64,000 nt of DNA from Ilumatobacteraceae bacterium (GTDB lineage Bacteria > Actinomycetota > Acidimicrobiia > Acidimicrobiales > Ilumatobacteraceae). The stretch is taken from contig CALOFW010000024.1 in the NCBI GenBank assembly GCA_942492715.1, forward strand, positions 587 through 64,586. The letters are read 5' to 3'. Below are positions 9,164 to 17,000 of this stretch, in pieces; within the stretch, counting starts at the first letter, position 1; the number at the start of each line of letters is the position of its first letter. Below the pieces are notes generated by a model that made no database searches, was not told the DNA's origin, and saw only the letters and a list, made by a program, of their open reading frames with translations. The translations under genes were made by a program, and so were the position numbers.

Positions 9164-9561
9164 CGCTCTACGTCGACTCGAGCGCGCTGCTCAAGCGATA
9201 CGTCGACGAGCACGACTCGGCGGCGGCCGTCGAACTGATGAGCACCGACCCTGTGCTCGTGACATCCCGGATCACCGAGATCGAGGTTCGCCGCAACCTC
9301 GCCCGGCTCCTCGACGGCGACGCCTGGACCGCGGGTCGCCGCCAGTTCGAAGTCGACCTCGACGCGTTCGCCCTCGTCGGACTGGACGCCACGACGTGCA
9401 ACGAAGCGGCGGCGATCGCCGAGCGCACGGGATGCCGATCACTCGATGCGCTCCACCTCGGCTCGGCAGTACGAGCCGGGGCGTCGACGACGTTGCTCAC
9501 GTTCGATGTCCGTCGAGCACAGGCAGGTCGAGCGATCGGTCTCACCGTCATCGGCGTCTGA
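9160..9561 (+). CDS. vapC: type II toxin VapC, PIN-domain ribonuclease
   Basis: GTGA overlap with the antitoxin. Sequence: VTLYVDSSALLKRYVDE..SRITEIEVRRNL..CRSLDALHLGSA. Conserved acidic PIN positions are present. Confidence 0.85.
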   Translation: MTLYVDSSALLKRYVDEHDSAAAVELMSTDPVLVTSRITEIEVRRNLARLLDGDAWTAGRRQFEVDLDAFALVGLDATTCNEAAAIAERTGCRSLDALHLGSAVRAGASTTLLTFDVRRAQAGRAIGLTVIGV

Positions 9562-9597
9562 GACGTCACCGCCCTCGCGCTCGGCGCCGCGGCGCCG

Positions 9598-10326
9598 TCA
9601 ACCGGCGTCGAAGGCCCAGTCGATGTCGGGTTCCAGGCCGAGCTCGGATCGCACGAGCGCGTCGTACCCGCGGGCGTGGGCGACCGCCTCGGTCCGGTTC
9701 CCCTCGGCGAGGTGGCTCCGGACGATCAGGGCGTGCGTCGTCTCCCTGAACGGCTCGGTTCGCAGCACGACCAGACACAGCTCGATCGCGCCGGCGAACT
9801 GGCCGGCCTCCAACAGATGGGTGGCGATCGCCTCCAACGCGTGAACCCGCAGGTTGTGGAACTCGCTGCGTTCGGCCTCGATCCACTCGTCGTACCAGTC
9901 GACCAGGACGTCCTCCAGGAACGGCTCCGGCGACCAGACCAACGGCTCCGGATCGGAGTCGGCGTGCAGCAGCCGGCGCGCCCGGTCACGGGCATCGTGG
10001 AGATCGACCCGGACCGCCCCCGAGAGCCCGATGTCGTCGCGACCACGCCGCAGGACCCCCGGCATCGAGTGGTGCAACCGGCTCATCGTCGAACGGAGAC
10101 GTCGCATCGCCGTGGAGGTCGACACGTCACCCCACAGTCGTCCCGCCAGCCACTCGCGCCCGATGTCGCCGCCGCGCAGGCACACCAGCGCGAGCAGCCG
10201 AGCCTCGGAATGGGTCAGCTCGTGCCGGTGCCCGTCCAGGACGACACCGAAGTGGCCCAGCACCCGCACCGCGACCTCATGGTCGCTCCGGGTGGCATCT
10301 CGCCTCGTCGACGTCGGCGGTGGCAT
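9598..10326 (-). CDS. SARP-family (AfsR/DnrI/RedD) transcriptional activator with BTAD domain
   Basis: VAVRVLGHFGVVLDGH..EARLLALVCL (winged helix). BTAD tail: HALIVRSHLAEGNRTEAVAHARGYDALVRSELGLEPD. Confidence 0.75.
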   Translation of the reverse strand: MPPPTSTRRDATRSDHEVAVRVLGHFGVVLDGHRHELTHSEARLLALVCLRGGDIGREWLAGRLWGDVSTSTAMRRLRSTMSRLHHSMPGVLRRGRDDIGLSGAVRVDLHDARDRARRLLHADSDPEPLVWSPEPFLEDVLVDWYDEWIEAERSEFHNLRVHALEAIATHLLEAGQFAGAIELCLVVLRTEPFRETTHALIVRSHLAEGNRTEAVAHARGYDALVRSELGLEPDIDWAFDAG

Positions 10327-10439
10327 TCGGTCCCCCGTCCTGCTTGCCCTGCACGCCCGCCCAACGTGGGCCTCCAGTATGCACGCGCGCTGCGTGGTTG
10401 TCGAGTGGACGCTCCGTGACGTTTCGGCGCGCGACCCGG

Positions 10440-10479
10440 CGACGCCCGTCGGACGCCCACCGAACGCCACCTGAACGCG
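10440..10479 (+). promoter_or_regulatory. four direct heptads (CGACGCC, GGACGCC, GAACGCC, GAACGCG) phased at exactly 11 nt; candidate SARP binding array
   Basis: Heptad starts are at 10440, 10451, 10462 and 10473. The array lies about 70 nt upstream of the peptidase ATG and 114 nt from the divergent SARP start. Confidence 0.45.
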
Positions 10480-10549
10480 AGGAGTGAAGACTCGACCACC
10501 GTCCGACAACCAGCGGACGTGACCCACACGACGACAACGAGGAGGAGCA

Positions 10550-11656
10550 ATGGCTCGGAAATCACTGGATCTCGAACAGCTCGAACGCGATCTCGAGTCC
10601 GCGGGGATGCCGTGGGCCCGGGCGGAGAACTCGATGACGGCGCTCACCGAGGACCAGCGCGTCCTCCGGCTCGGCGTCGCCCCACCCCCGGGCGAGATGA
10701 CCGTCGAGGCGGCCGCGCACGCCTTCGAGGAAGGACTGTCCGCCGTGGTCCCGCCGGGGACCGACATCGGCGCGCCGTCCAAGATCGACCATCGAGCGCT
10801 GAACGGCAACAACTACACGACACCCGTCAAGAACCAGGGGTCGTGCGGGTCGTGCGTCGCGTTCGCCACGGTGGCCGTGATGGAGACCACCTACAAACGC
10901 AAGTCGAACCAGCCGAGCCTGGCCTTCGACCTGTCCGAGGCGCAGATGTTCTACTGCCACGCCCGCTCCGAGGGCCGCACCTGCGCCAACGGCTGGTGGC
11001 CGGAGAACGCCTTCAAGAAGGCGCGGGACATCGGCATCACCCACGACGTCCACTACCCCTACACCCCCGGCGATCAGGACTGCAGCGGCCTCGACGCGAA
11101 CTGGCAGGCCGACATGGCCAAGGTCGTCGGCTACCAGAAGCTGACCTCACCGGCCGACATGAAGAACTGGCTGGCGACCCACGGGTCGATCAGCGGCTGC
11201 TTCGTCGTCTACCAGGACTTCTTCAGCTACAGCAGCGGCGTCTACCGCCACGTCAGCGGCGAGGCCGCCGGCGGCCACTGCGTCGAGATCATCGGCTACG
11301 ACGACGCGCTGGGCTGCTGGATCTGCAAGAACTCGTGGGGTCCGAACTGGGGAGACAGCGGCTACTTCAAGATCGCGTACGGCCAGTGCTCGATCGAGAC
11401 GTGGTCGGGGCCGTGGGGTCTCACCAACGTGTCGGCCCGGCAGTGGCGGACGAACGTCAAGGTCACCGGGCTGTGGGCCAACAGCGCCGACCTCAACTCC
11501 TGGGCGTACCTGAGCGGCGTCGGATGGCGCAAGGTCTGCGACGACTCGCGGACGGTGTCGGAGACGATGCTCGCCCAACTCGCCTTCGCGAAAGCCGCCG
11601 GGACGTCGATCAGCGCCCTCGACGACGCCAATGAACTCCGAGAGATCTACGCCTGA
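10550..11656 (+). CDS. papain-like cysteine peptidase (MEROPS family C1) with an extra C-terminal domain; no signal peptide seen
   Basis: GGAGGAG RBS. Catalytic Cys NQGSCGSCVAFA. His GGHCVEIIGYDD. Asn/Trp KNSWGPNWGDSGYFKI. C-terminal ~70 aa (11441-11653) are homologous to 11858-12076. Confidence 0.85.
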   Translation: MARKSLDLEQLERDLESAGMPWARAENSMTALTEDQRVLRLGVAPPPGEMTVEAAAHAFEEGLSAVVPPGTDIGAPSKIDHRALNGNNYTTPVKNQGSCGSCVAFATVAVMETTYKRKSNQPSLAFDLSEAQMFYCHARSEGRTCANGWWPENAFKKARDIGITHDVHYPYTPGDQDCSGLDANWQADMAKVVGYQKLTSPADMKNWLATHGSISGCFVVYQDFFSYSSGVYRHVSGEAAGGHCVEIIGYDDALGCWICKNSWGPNWGDSGYFKIAYGQCSIETWSGPWGLTNVSARQWRTNVKVTGLWANSADLNSWAYLSGVGWRKVCDDSRTVSETMLAQLAFAKAAGTSISALDDANELREIYA

Positions 11657-11671
11657 CTGGAGGTCAGCACC

Positions 11672-12079
11672 ATGACGAACACCAACGGCATCCCCACCCA
11701 GACCGATCCGCACCTCGGCGCGCTCGCCGCCGAGGCGACGGCGGGCAGCCCCTCCGAAGCGTTCAGCGACTCGATCGCCGGCAGCACGGCGGCGACGGCA
11801 CCGCCTCAGCTGATCCCACCCGAGGAGACCGCGGCGGCCGGCGACACCGGCATCACCGCGTGGCTGTCGAACAAGAAGATCGTGGGCGTCTGGTCGAACG
11901 CGTCGAACAAGAACTCCTGGATCAACGTCCAGGGCACCGGGTGGCGTCGCATCCACCCGGCGAGCGAGAACGCCGTCGTCGCGATGACGATCCTGGCATC
12001 CCACGCAAAGGCCGACAACCGCAACGCGTCGGTGCGGGTCGAGAGCGACAACCACGTCCACGAGATCTACGTCTGGTGA
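11672..12079 (+). CDS. small protein: Ala/Pro/Thr-rich N-terminus plus a copy of the peptidase C-terminal domain
   Basis: GGAGG RBS. KIVGVWSNASNKNSWINVQGTGWRRI..HAKADNRNASVRVESDNHVHEIYVW aligns with VTGLWANSADLNSWAYLSGVGWRKV..FAKAAGTSISALDDANELREIYA. Confidence 0.65.
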   Translation: MTNTNGIPTQTDPHLGALAAEATAGSPSEAFSDSIAGSTAATAPPQLIPPEETAAAGDTGITAWLSNKKIVGVWSNASNKNSWINVQGTGWRRIHPASENAVVAMTILASHAKADNRNASVRVESDNHVHEIYVW

Positions 12080-12099
12080 CGCGGGGACGGCGCCGGGCG

Positions 12100-12142
12100 G
12101 CGAGGAGCGACTCGACCGAGGGCCGGTCGGTTCACTCCTCGC
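12100..12142. terminator. nested hairpin between convergent genes (possible bidirectional terminator)
   Basis: Outer stem GCGAGGAG..CTCCTCGC. Inner stem CGACCG-AGGGC-CGGTCG. The right arm overlaps the last codons of the inhibitor gene. Confidence 0.35.
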
Positions 12143-12476
12143 GGCGCCCGCCGCCCGCGACCACGACGTCGAAGACGACCCGGTCGGCGGCCGGGCCCTC
12201 GGGCTCCCAGGGTTGACGCGACACGAACTCGAGTGCGCCCGTGCCGGGACGTTCGGCGCGCATCGTCCACACGCGTGCGCCGGCGGCGCCCGGGATCATC
12301 TGATCGGGTGCTCGCACGTGCTCGGCGACGACGACCACGACGTCGTCGGAGGTCAGGAGCCACCGGAACCCGGTCGTCGCGTTCTCGACGAGCTCGATCC
12401 CGAAGGAGTCGCCCACAGCGCACTCGATCACCCGATCGGTGTCTGATCGTCGGTACACCTCGTTCGGCGTGTCCAT
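12132..12476 (-). CDS. chagasin-family peptidase inhibitor (MEROPS I42), inhibitor of C1 cysteine peptidases
   Basis: The three chagasin loops are recognisable. They are VGDSFGIELVENATTGFRWLL (NPTTG-type), IPGAAGARVW (GxGG-type) and SRQPWEPEG (RPW-type). RBS GGAGGAGGG. Confidence 0.85.
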   Translation of the reverse strand: MDTPNEVYRRSDTDRVIECAVGDSFGIELVENATTGFRWLLTSDDVVVVVAEHVRAPDQMIPGAAGARVWTMRAERPGTGALEFVSRQPWEPEGPAADRVVFDVVVAGGGRREE

Positions 12477-12619
12477 GGGTCCCTCCTCCCCGGAACCCTA
12501 CGCCCGAACACCGAGGCGGTCACCCGTTTCTCGAGCATGCGCCGGTTCGCCCGAGACGATGACGAGCAGCATCGACCCTCGCCGCATGTTCACCCTCTGG
12601 ATGCCCGACGCCTGATCCC

Positions 12620-13363
12620 CTACCCGGTCGGTCGACGCCAGACGCTGACGTGCGACGGGCTGTCGCCGGTGAACGGCGAGCGGTCCCACCCCGCCCAACG
12701 GTGCTCCAGCGTCAACCCGGCGATGCGCGCCATCAAGTCGAGCTCGGACGGCCAGACGTAGCGGAACGGTGCCGTGAACTCCTCGAACCTGCCGTCGGCG
12801 CTACGGCGGAAGTGGCGCGACCGGGAGATCTGCAGATGCGTGCGATCCGTGAAGTCGTCGAGCCCGACGTAGTCGTCGTCGACGGCGAACGGCACCGCAG
12901 GCGCTCCCGGCGGCAGACGACGCAGCGCTGGCACCCCGTTCTCGATCACGAACCGCCCACCTGGCAGCAGGTGGCGGGCGGCGTTCTCGAAGCAGGCGAC
13001 CTGCTCGTCCTGGGTCGTCAGGTTCGTGATCGTGTTGAACACGAGGTACACGAGCGAGAACTCGCCCTCGACCCGAGTCGTCGCCATGTCGCCCTCGACC
13101 GCACGGATCGCCGTGCCACCCGGCGCCCGACGCAGCTCGGCGAGCATGTCGGCCGACAGCTCGATGCCCGACACGTCGATCCCGCGGGCGGCCAACGGCA
13201 ACGCCACCCGACCGGTTCCGACCGCGAACTCCAGCACCGGACCGCCGCCGGCCAACGACGCGAGGCAGTCCACCGTCGGCTCGAGGACCTCGGGCGCGAA
13301 CATCGCCGCGACCGTGCGGTCGTAGGTGCGGGCGACGTCGCCGACGAAGCGGTTCTCGGGCAT
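12620..13363 (-). CDS. class I SAM-dependent methyltransferase
   Basis: VLEFAVGTGRVALPLAARG (motif I). GEFSLVYLVFNTITNL. LLPGGRFVIE. Start chosen at MPENRF; an upstream ATG at 13399 is possible. Confidence 0.8.
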   Translation of the reverse strand: MPENRFVGDVARTYDRTVAAMFAPEVLEPTVDCLASLAGGGPVLEFAVGTGRVALPLAARGIDVSGIELSADMLAELRRAPGGTAIRAVEGDMATTRVEGEFSLVYLVFNTITNLTTQDEQVACFENAARHLLPGGRFVIENGVPALRRLPPGAPAVPFAVDDDYVGLDDFTDRTHLQISRSRHFRRSADGRFEEFTAPFRYVWPSELDLMARIAGLTLEHRWAGWDRSPFTGDSPSHVSVWRRPTG

Positions 13364-13561
13364 CGCTGCAGCCTCGTGCACCGGCCGATCGACAGGCAAG
13401 CAGGTTTGCGGTGCTCAGGGTTCGGTGTTCGGTTCAGCGGGCGCCGTCTCAGTACTGCTGCCCGTTGCGCGATTGCTGTGCCCAGCAGAGGCGAGGCAGC
13501 CATAAGGTGCCTTGCGATCGTTTCGCCAGCAAGTTCACCTCGAACCAGAATGTGACGCCTC

Positions 13562-14476
13562 ATGACCGACCAGCCGCCACCGTCGGACGCAAGTCTGAAC
13601 CCGCAACCACCGACCAGTTCAAGCCCGAGCACGGTGCAGGTCGTGGCCATGGTCGTGGTGGTCATGGTGCTCATCTTCGTCCTCGTGTACTTCCTCTTTC
13701 TTCGGGACACCGACAGCGGCACTGGCTCGGAGTCGTCCACAACAGCAGCGGTGACAACAGCGGCGCCCGAAACCACAGCAGCGCCAGCAACAACAGCGGC
13801 GCCCGAAACCACAGCAGCGCCAGCAACAACAGCCGCGCCCGAAACCACAGCGGCGCCACCGACAACAGCAGCGTTGGTGCCGGCTCCGTGCATGAAGTGG
13901 CCCGGAGAGAAAATGAGCTCGGACACTCAGGGTCGTCGGGACGAAATCGCGCGCTTCCAGCAGACCTTGAAAGATCTGGGGTACGACCCGGGCGAGATCG
14001 ACGGTTACTTCGGGCCCAACACTTGGACCGCTGCAAGCGAGCAGATGCTCGACAGCGTGGGACCCGTCGGCCTTGCCGTGGACGTACTCGACGATTCCCA
14101 GGAGGTCCTGTCACCCTTCTTCCAGAGACTCGGAATTGTCTGCCCGCCGAGTGGGTACTCGGACAACGAACAGCCCTCCCCAGCGCTCGCACTTTCCGTC
14201 TTCAACACAGCGAGGGATCACTGCAACGACGCGGCGGCAGCGCTTGGTGCAGACGCACCGTTCGATGGTGGCCCCGATGATCCGACGGTCGATGCTCAGC
14301 CGTTCGACCAGGTGGCCGATGGAGTCTTCGAACTCTTCGACGGGGACGATCGGTTGCTGTTGGTCGACGTGACCAACTTCAGGGTGACGGGGCCGGACGG
14401 CGCCTATGGAGGGCTGCCTTCGCCGTACTACGAAAGCTGCTCGTTCTCGGGTTCGTTCGTGGGAACGAGCGGATAA
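13562..14476 (+). CDS. membrane-anchored protein with Thr/Ala/Pro repeat linker and peptidoglycan-binding (PG_binding_1-like) domain
   Basis: TM helix VVAMVVVVMVLIFVLVYFLFL. Repeats TTAAPETTAAPA. EIARFQQTLKDLGYDPGEIDGYFGPNTWTAASEQM. Confidence 0.7.
   Translation: MTDQPPPSDASLNPQPPTSSSPSTVQVVAMVVVVMVLIFVLVYFLFLRDTDSGTGSESSTTAAVTTAAPETTAAPATTAAPETTAAPATTAAPETTAAPPTTAALVPAPCMKWPGEKMSSDTQGRRDEIARFQQTLKDLGYDPGEIDGYFGPNTWTAASEQMLDSVGPVGLAVDVLDDSQEVLSPFFQRLGIVCPPSGYSDNEQPSPALALSVFNTARDHCNDAAAALGADAPFDGGPDDPTVDAQPFDQVADGVFELFDGDDRLLLVDVTNFRVTGPDGAYGGLPSPYYESCSFSGSFVGTSG
13754..13873. repeat. 36-bp tandem repeat, about 3.3 copies (encodes TTAAPETTAAPA)
   Basis: ACAACAGCGGCGCCCGAAACCACAGCAGCGCCAGCA repeated at 13754, 13790 and 13826. 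The third copy has diverged. Confidence 0.7.
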
Positions 14477-14813
14477 CCAGCTCGGGCTCTACGTGACAGA
14501 TGCCGCGGACGGCTCGGAGGCCTTCGTCGATGTCGTCAATCAGTACCTCGGGCAGCCTGCCGGCCGGTTTTCCGAGGAGTGACCGGTCGATCAACTCGAG
14601 CCCGAGCGGAACAGCGACCGAGTCTTTCGGCAGCCCGCTTGCCTTGGCGGGAAGCAACACGTTCCCGGCGATGCCCGCTCGGCCGACATTCGAAGTGATC
14701 GGCACGACGTGGGGCAGCCAGACGTCCACACTGAGCACGTCGTCGGAGGACACCACCACACACGGCCGGCGTTTGTCGAGGTCGATCCCGTACACCGCGC
14801 CGCTCGCTACCAC
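14379..14813 (-). CDS. mazF: PemK/MazF-family toxin with an unusually long C-terminal tail overlapping the convergent gene
   Basis: VYGIDLDKRRPCVVVSSDDVL..VVPITSNVGRAGIAGNVLLP. The last ~40 aa overlap 13562..14476 by 98 nt. An alternative frame has TAG near 14490. Confidence 0.7.
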   Translation of the reverse strand: MVASGAVYGIDLDKRRPCVVVSSDDVLSVDVWLPHVVPITSNVGRAGIAGNVLLPAKASGLPKDSVAVPLGLELIDRSLLGKPAGRLPEVLIDDIDEGLRAVRGICHVEPELVIRSFPRTNPRTSSFRSTAKAALHRRRPAPSP

Positions 14814-15004
14814 GGTGCGGAACGCTCCATCCGCTCCAGCGCTGCCAACGACTCCGCCACTGTTGGGGGCTCCGCGTTCGCGAGCTCGGCGTCAGCCAGC
14901 AGCTGCTGGGCGAAGCCCAACGCGGAGTGGGTAGCGGCGTGATGCCGGAGCTGATCGGCAACCCGAGTAGAGAACGGGACACCGAGCCCGTCGATGATCG
15001 GCAT
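14807..15004 (-). CDS. putative antitoxin of the adjacent MazF-like toxin
   Basis: MPIIDGLGVPFSTRVADQLRHHAATHSALGFAQQLLADAELANAE. 7-nt overlap with the toxin start. The ORF track extends to a TTG at 15010. Confidence 0.5.
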   Translation of the reverse strand: MPIIDGLGVPFSTRVADQLRHHAATHSALGFAQQLLADAELANAEPPTVAESLAALERMERSAPW

Positions 15005-15146
15005 GAGCAAGGATCGCGTCGGCTACCGGCAGGTTCCACTCTGGCTCACCGACGAAGAGTTCGATGCACTCGCCGAGAGCATGACGAGCGCGGTCCCGAG
15101 TCGACGGACCCATCCGGGCGACACGATCGGATCTACCATCACACGG

Positions 15147-15494
15147 ATGATCCGGCACTGCGTTCTCCTCAGATTCGCGGCGGAGGTCAGCAACAGCGAC
15201 AAGGACGCGATCTATCAGAGGCTCGCATCCCTGCAGAGCGTGGTGCCAGGCTTCGAACGGATCGTGTGCGGCGTCAACTCGAGCGCCGAACGCCTTTCAC
15301 AGGGCTTCGACGACGGCTTCGTGATCGAGTTCGTCGACGCGTCGGCACGAGACACCTATCTCGCGCATCCCGACCACCAGCGCGCAGGAGCAGCCTTGAC
15401 CGCCATGCTCGACGGTGGACCCGAGGGACTCGTTGTCTTCGACCTCGACGACGGTGTACGCCGAGTACCACCCGCCGCCACTACAGGCCGATGA
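15147..15494 (+). CDS. Dabb (stress-responsive dimeric alpha/beta barrel) domain protein
   Basis: MIRHCVLLRFAAEVSNSDKDAIYQRLASL..GFDDGFVIEFVDASARDTYLAHPDHQ. Confidence 0.75.
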   Translation: MIRHCVLLRFAAEVSNSDKDAIYQRLASLQSVVPGFERIVCGVNSSAERLSQGFDDGFVIEFVDASARDTYLAHPDHQRAGAALTAMLDGGPEGLVVFDLDDGVRRVPPAATTGR

Positions 15495-15726
15495 GGGCGA
15501 CGCGGCCGTTCGAGTAGCCGATGATCGGCACGCCGTATGGCCTGGAAGCCCGGAGGCTCGGCAGTCGCCCTCTGGCGCCTCACCCGGCGGTGGGTGACGC
15601 TCGGACCGACAGCGATCGGTAGGACCGGCTGCGCTCCAACCCGTCACACGGAACGAGGTGCGGTGTCGTTCGGACAGCCGTGTCGGTGTTGACGATGGCG
15701 GCCGCTACCGAGATCACACCGTGGGG

Positions 15727-16701
15727 CTACCAGGCGTACGCTTCGGGTGCCGTACCGCCGGGGCCAGGGAAGATGGCATCGATCGATGTCAGCGTGTCTG
15801 GAGCGAGGGTGATCTCGAGCGAGCGCAGCGAGGCGCCGTCGAGCTGGCCAAGAGTGCGCGGGCCGATGATCGGGCAGGTGACGCCATCCTGTGCGAGCAA
15901 CCACGCCAACGCCATCGCAGCAGGCTCCTCACCGAGATCAGCGCACAGCTGCTCCCATTGCTCCAGCTGCGGGCGCAGCTTGTCGATCCGCTTCAGCGAT
16001 TGTGGGGACCGGCGACGGGCGCGGTCGGAGTCACCGAGTACGCCGCCGAGCAGCCCGCCCGACAGCGGGCTCCACGGGATCACGCCGACGCCGTACTCCC
16101 GGCATGCCGGAAGTACCTCGAGTTCGACGGTGCGCACCAAGAGGTTGTAGTGGCTCTGCTCGCTGACGAGGCCGAGTGTGTTCCGGCGGGCGGCGGCTTC
16201 GTTCGCTCGAGCGATGTGCCATCCGGCGAAGTTGCTGCTGCCGACGTAGGTGATCTTGCCCTGCTGGACCAGGGTGTCCATCGCCTGCCAGACCTCGTCC
16301 CAGGGCGCGGTGCGGTCGATGTGGTGCATCTGGTAGAGGTCGATGTGGTCGGTCTGCATCCGCCGAAGGCTGTCCTCACACGCCATCCGGATGTGACGTG
16401 CCGACAACCGGCCATCATTCGGCCACTCCGACATCGCTCCGAAGAGCTTCGTCGCCAGGACGATCTTGTCCCGCCTGCCGCCGCCCTGGGCGAACCAGCG
16501 TCCGATGATCGATTCGGTGGCGCCAGCGCCCTTGTCGCCGCCGTAGCGGTTCGCTGTGTCGAAGAAGTTGATCCCGAGCTCGACCGCGCGGTCCATGATC
16601 GCGAACGACTCGTCCTCGGGCGTCTGCGGTCCGAAGTTCATCGTGCCGAGACACAGCTCGCTGACCTGGAGAGCGGTTCGGCCCAGTCTTCGATAGCGCA
16701 T
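15727..16701 (-). CDS. aldo/keto reductase
   Basis: MRYRRLGRTALQVSELCLGTMNFG..INFFDTANRYG..HIDLYQMHHID..GVIPWSPLSGGLL. Confidence 0.9.
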   Translation of the reverse strand: MRYRRLGRTALQVSELCLGTMNFGPQTPEDESFAIMDRAVELGINFFDTANRYGGDKGAGATESIIGRWFAQGGGRRDKIVLATKLFGAMSEWPNDGRLSARHIRMACEDSLRRMQTDHIDLYQMHHIDRTAPWDEVWQAMDTLVQQGKITYVGSSNFAGWHIARANEAAARRNTLGLVSEQSHYNLLVRTVELEVLPACREYGVGVIPWSPLSGGLLGGVLGDSDRARRRSPQSLKRIDKLRPQLEQWEQLCADLGEEPAAMALAWLLAQDGVTCPIIGPRTLGQLDGASLRSLEITLAPDTLTSIDAIFPGPGGTAPEAYAW

Positions 16702-17000
16702 TGGCCCAGCCTCGCAGACCCACCTGCCTACGCCCGACGCCGAGCGATCCGCGACCAGTCCGCCCTCGACTCCCTCGTCGCTCGGACCTGTTCGTCAGAT
16801 GTCGCAGCAGGCGGAGGAACCACGGACGGTCTTTCACGCCTCGAAGGTCCGGGTGTGGCTCGACGAGGGTCGTCTCGGTAGAGGTTCCTCAACCGGACAG
16901 TCATGGGTCCGCGGCAACGCGTCCGGAGGAGCGTGATCACGTGCGGCGTCGAGTCGTGCCGAGCCCGCACACTTCGCCGGTCTCCGGGTTGGCTTCGGAG

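Noticed and set aside
14994-15146. N-terminal 51-codon extension of the Dabb-domain ORF (MIGMSKDRVGYRQVPLWLTDEEFDALAESM..).
   Set aside because: It overlaps the divergent antitoxin start region. The Dabb domain begins at the internal MIRHCVLLRF, as in typical ~100-aa family members. The extension may be a relic, but I cannot support it as coding.
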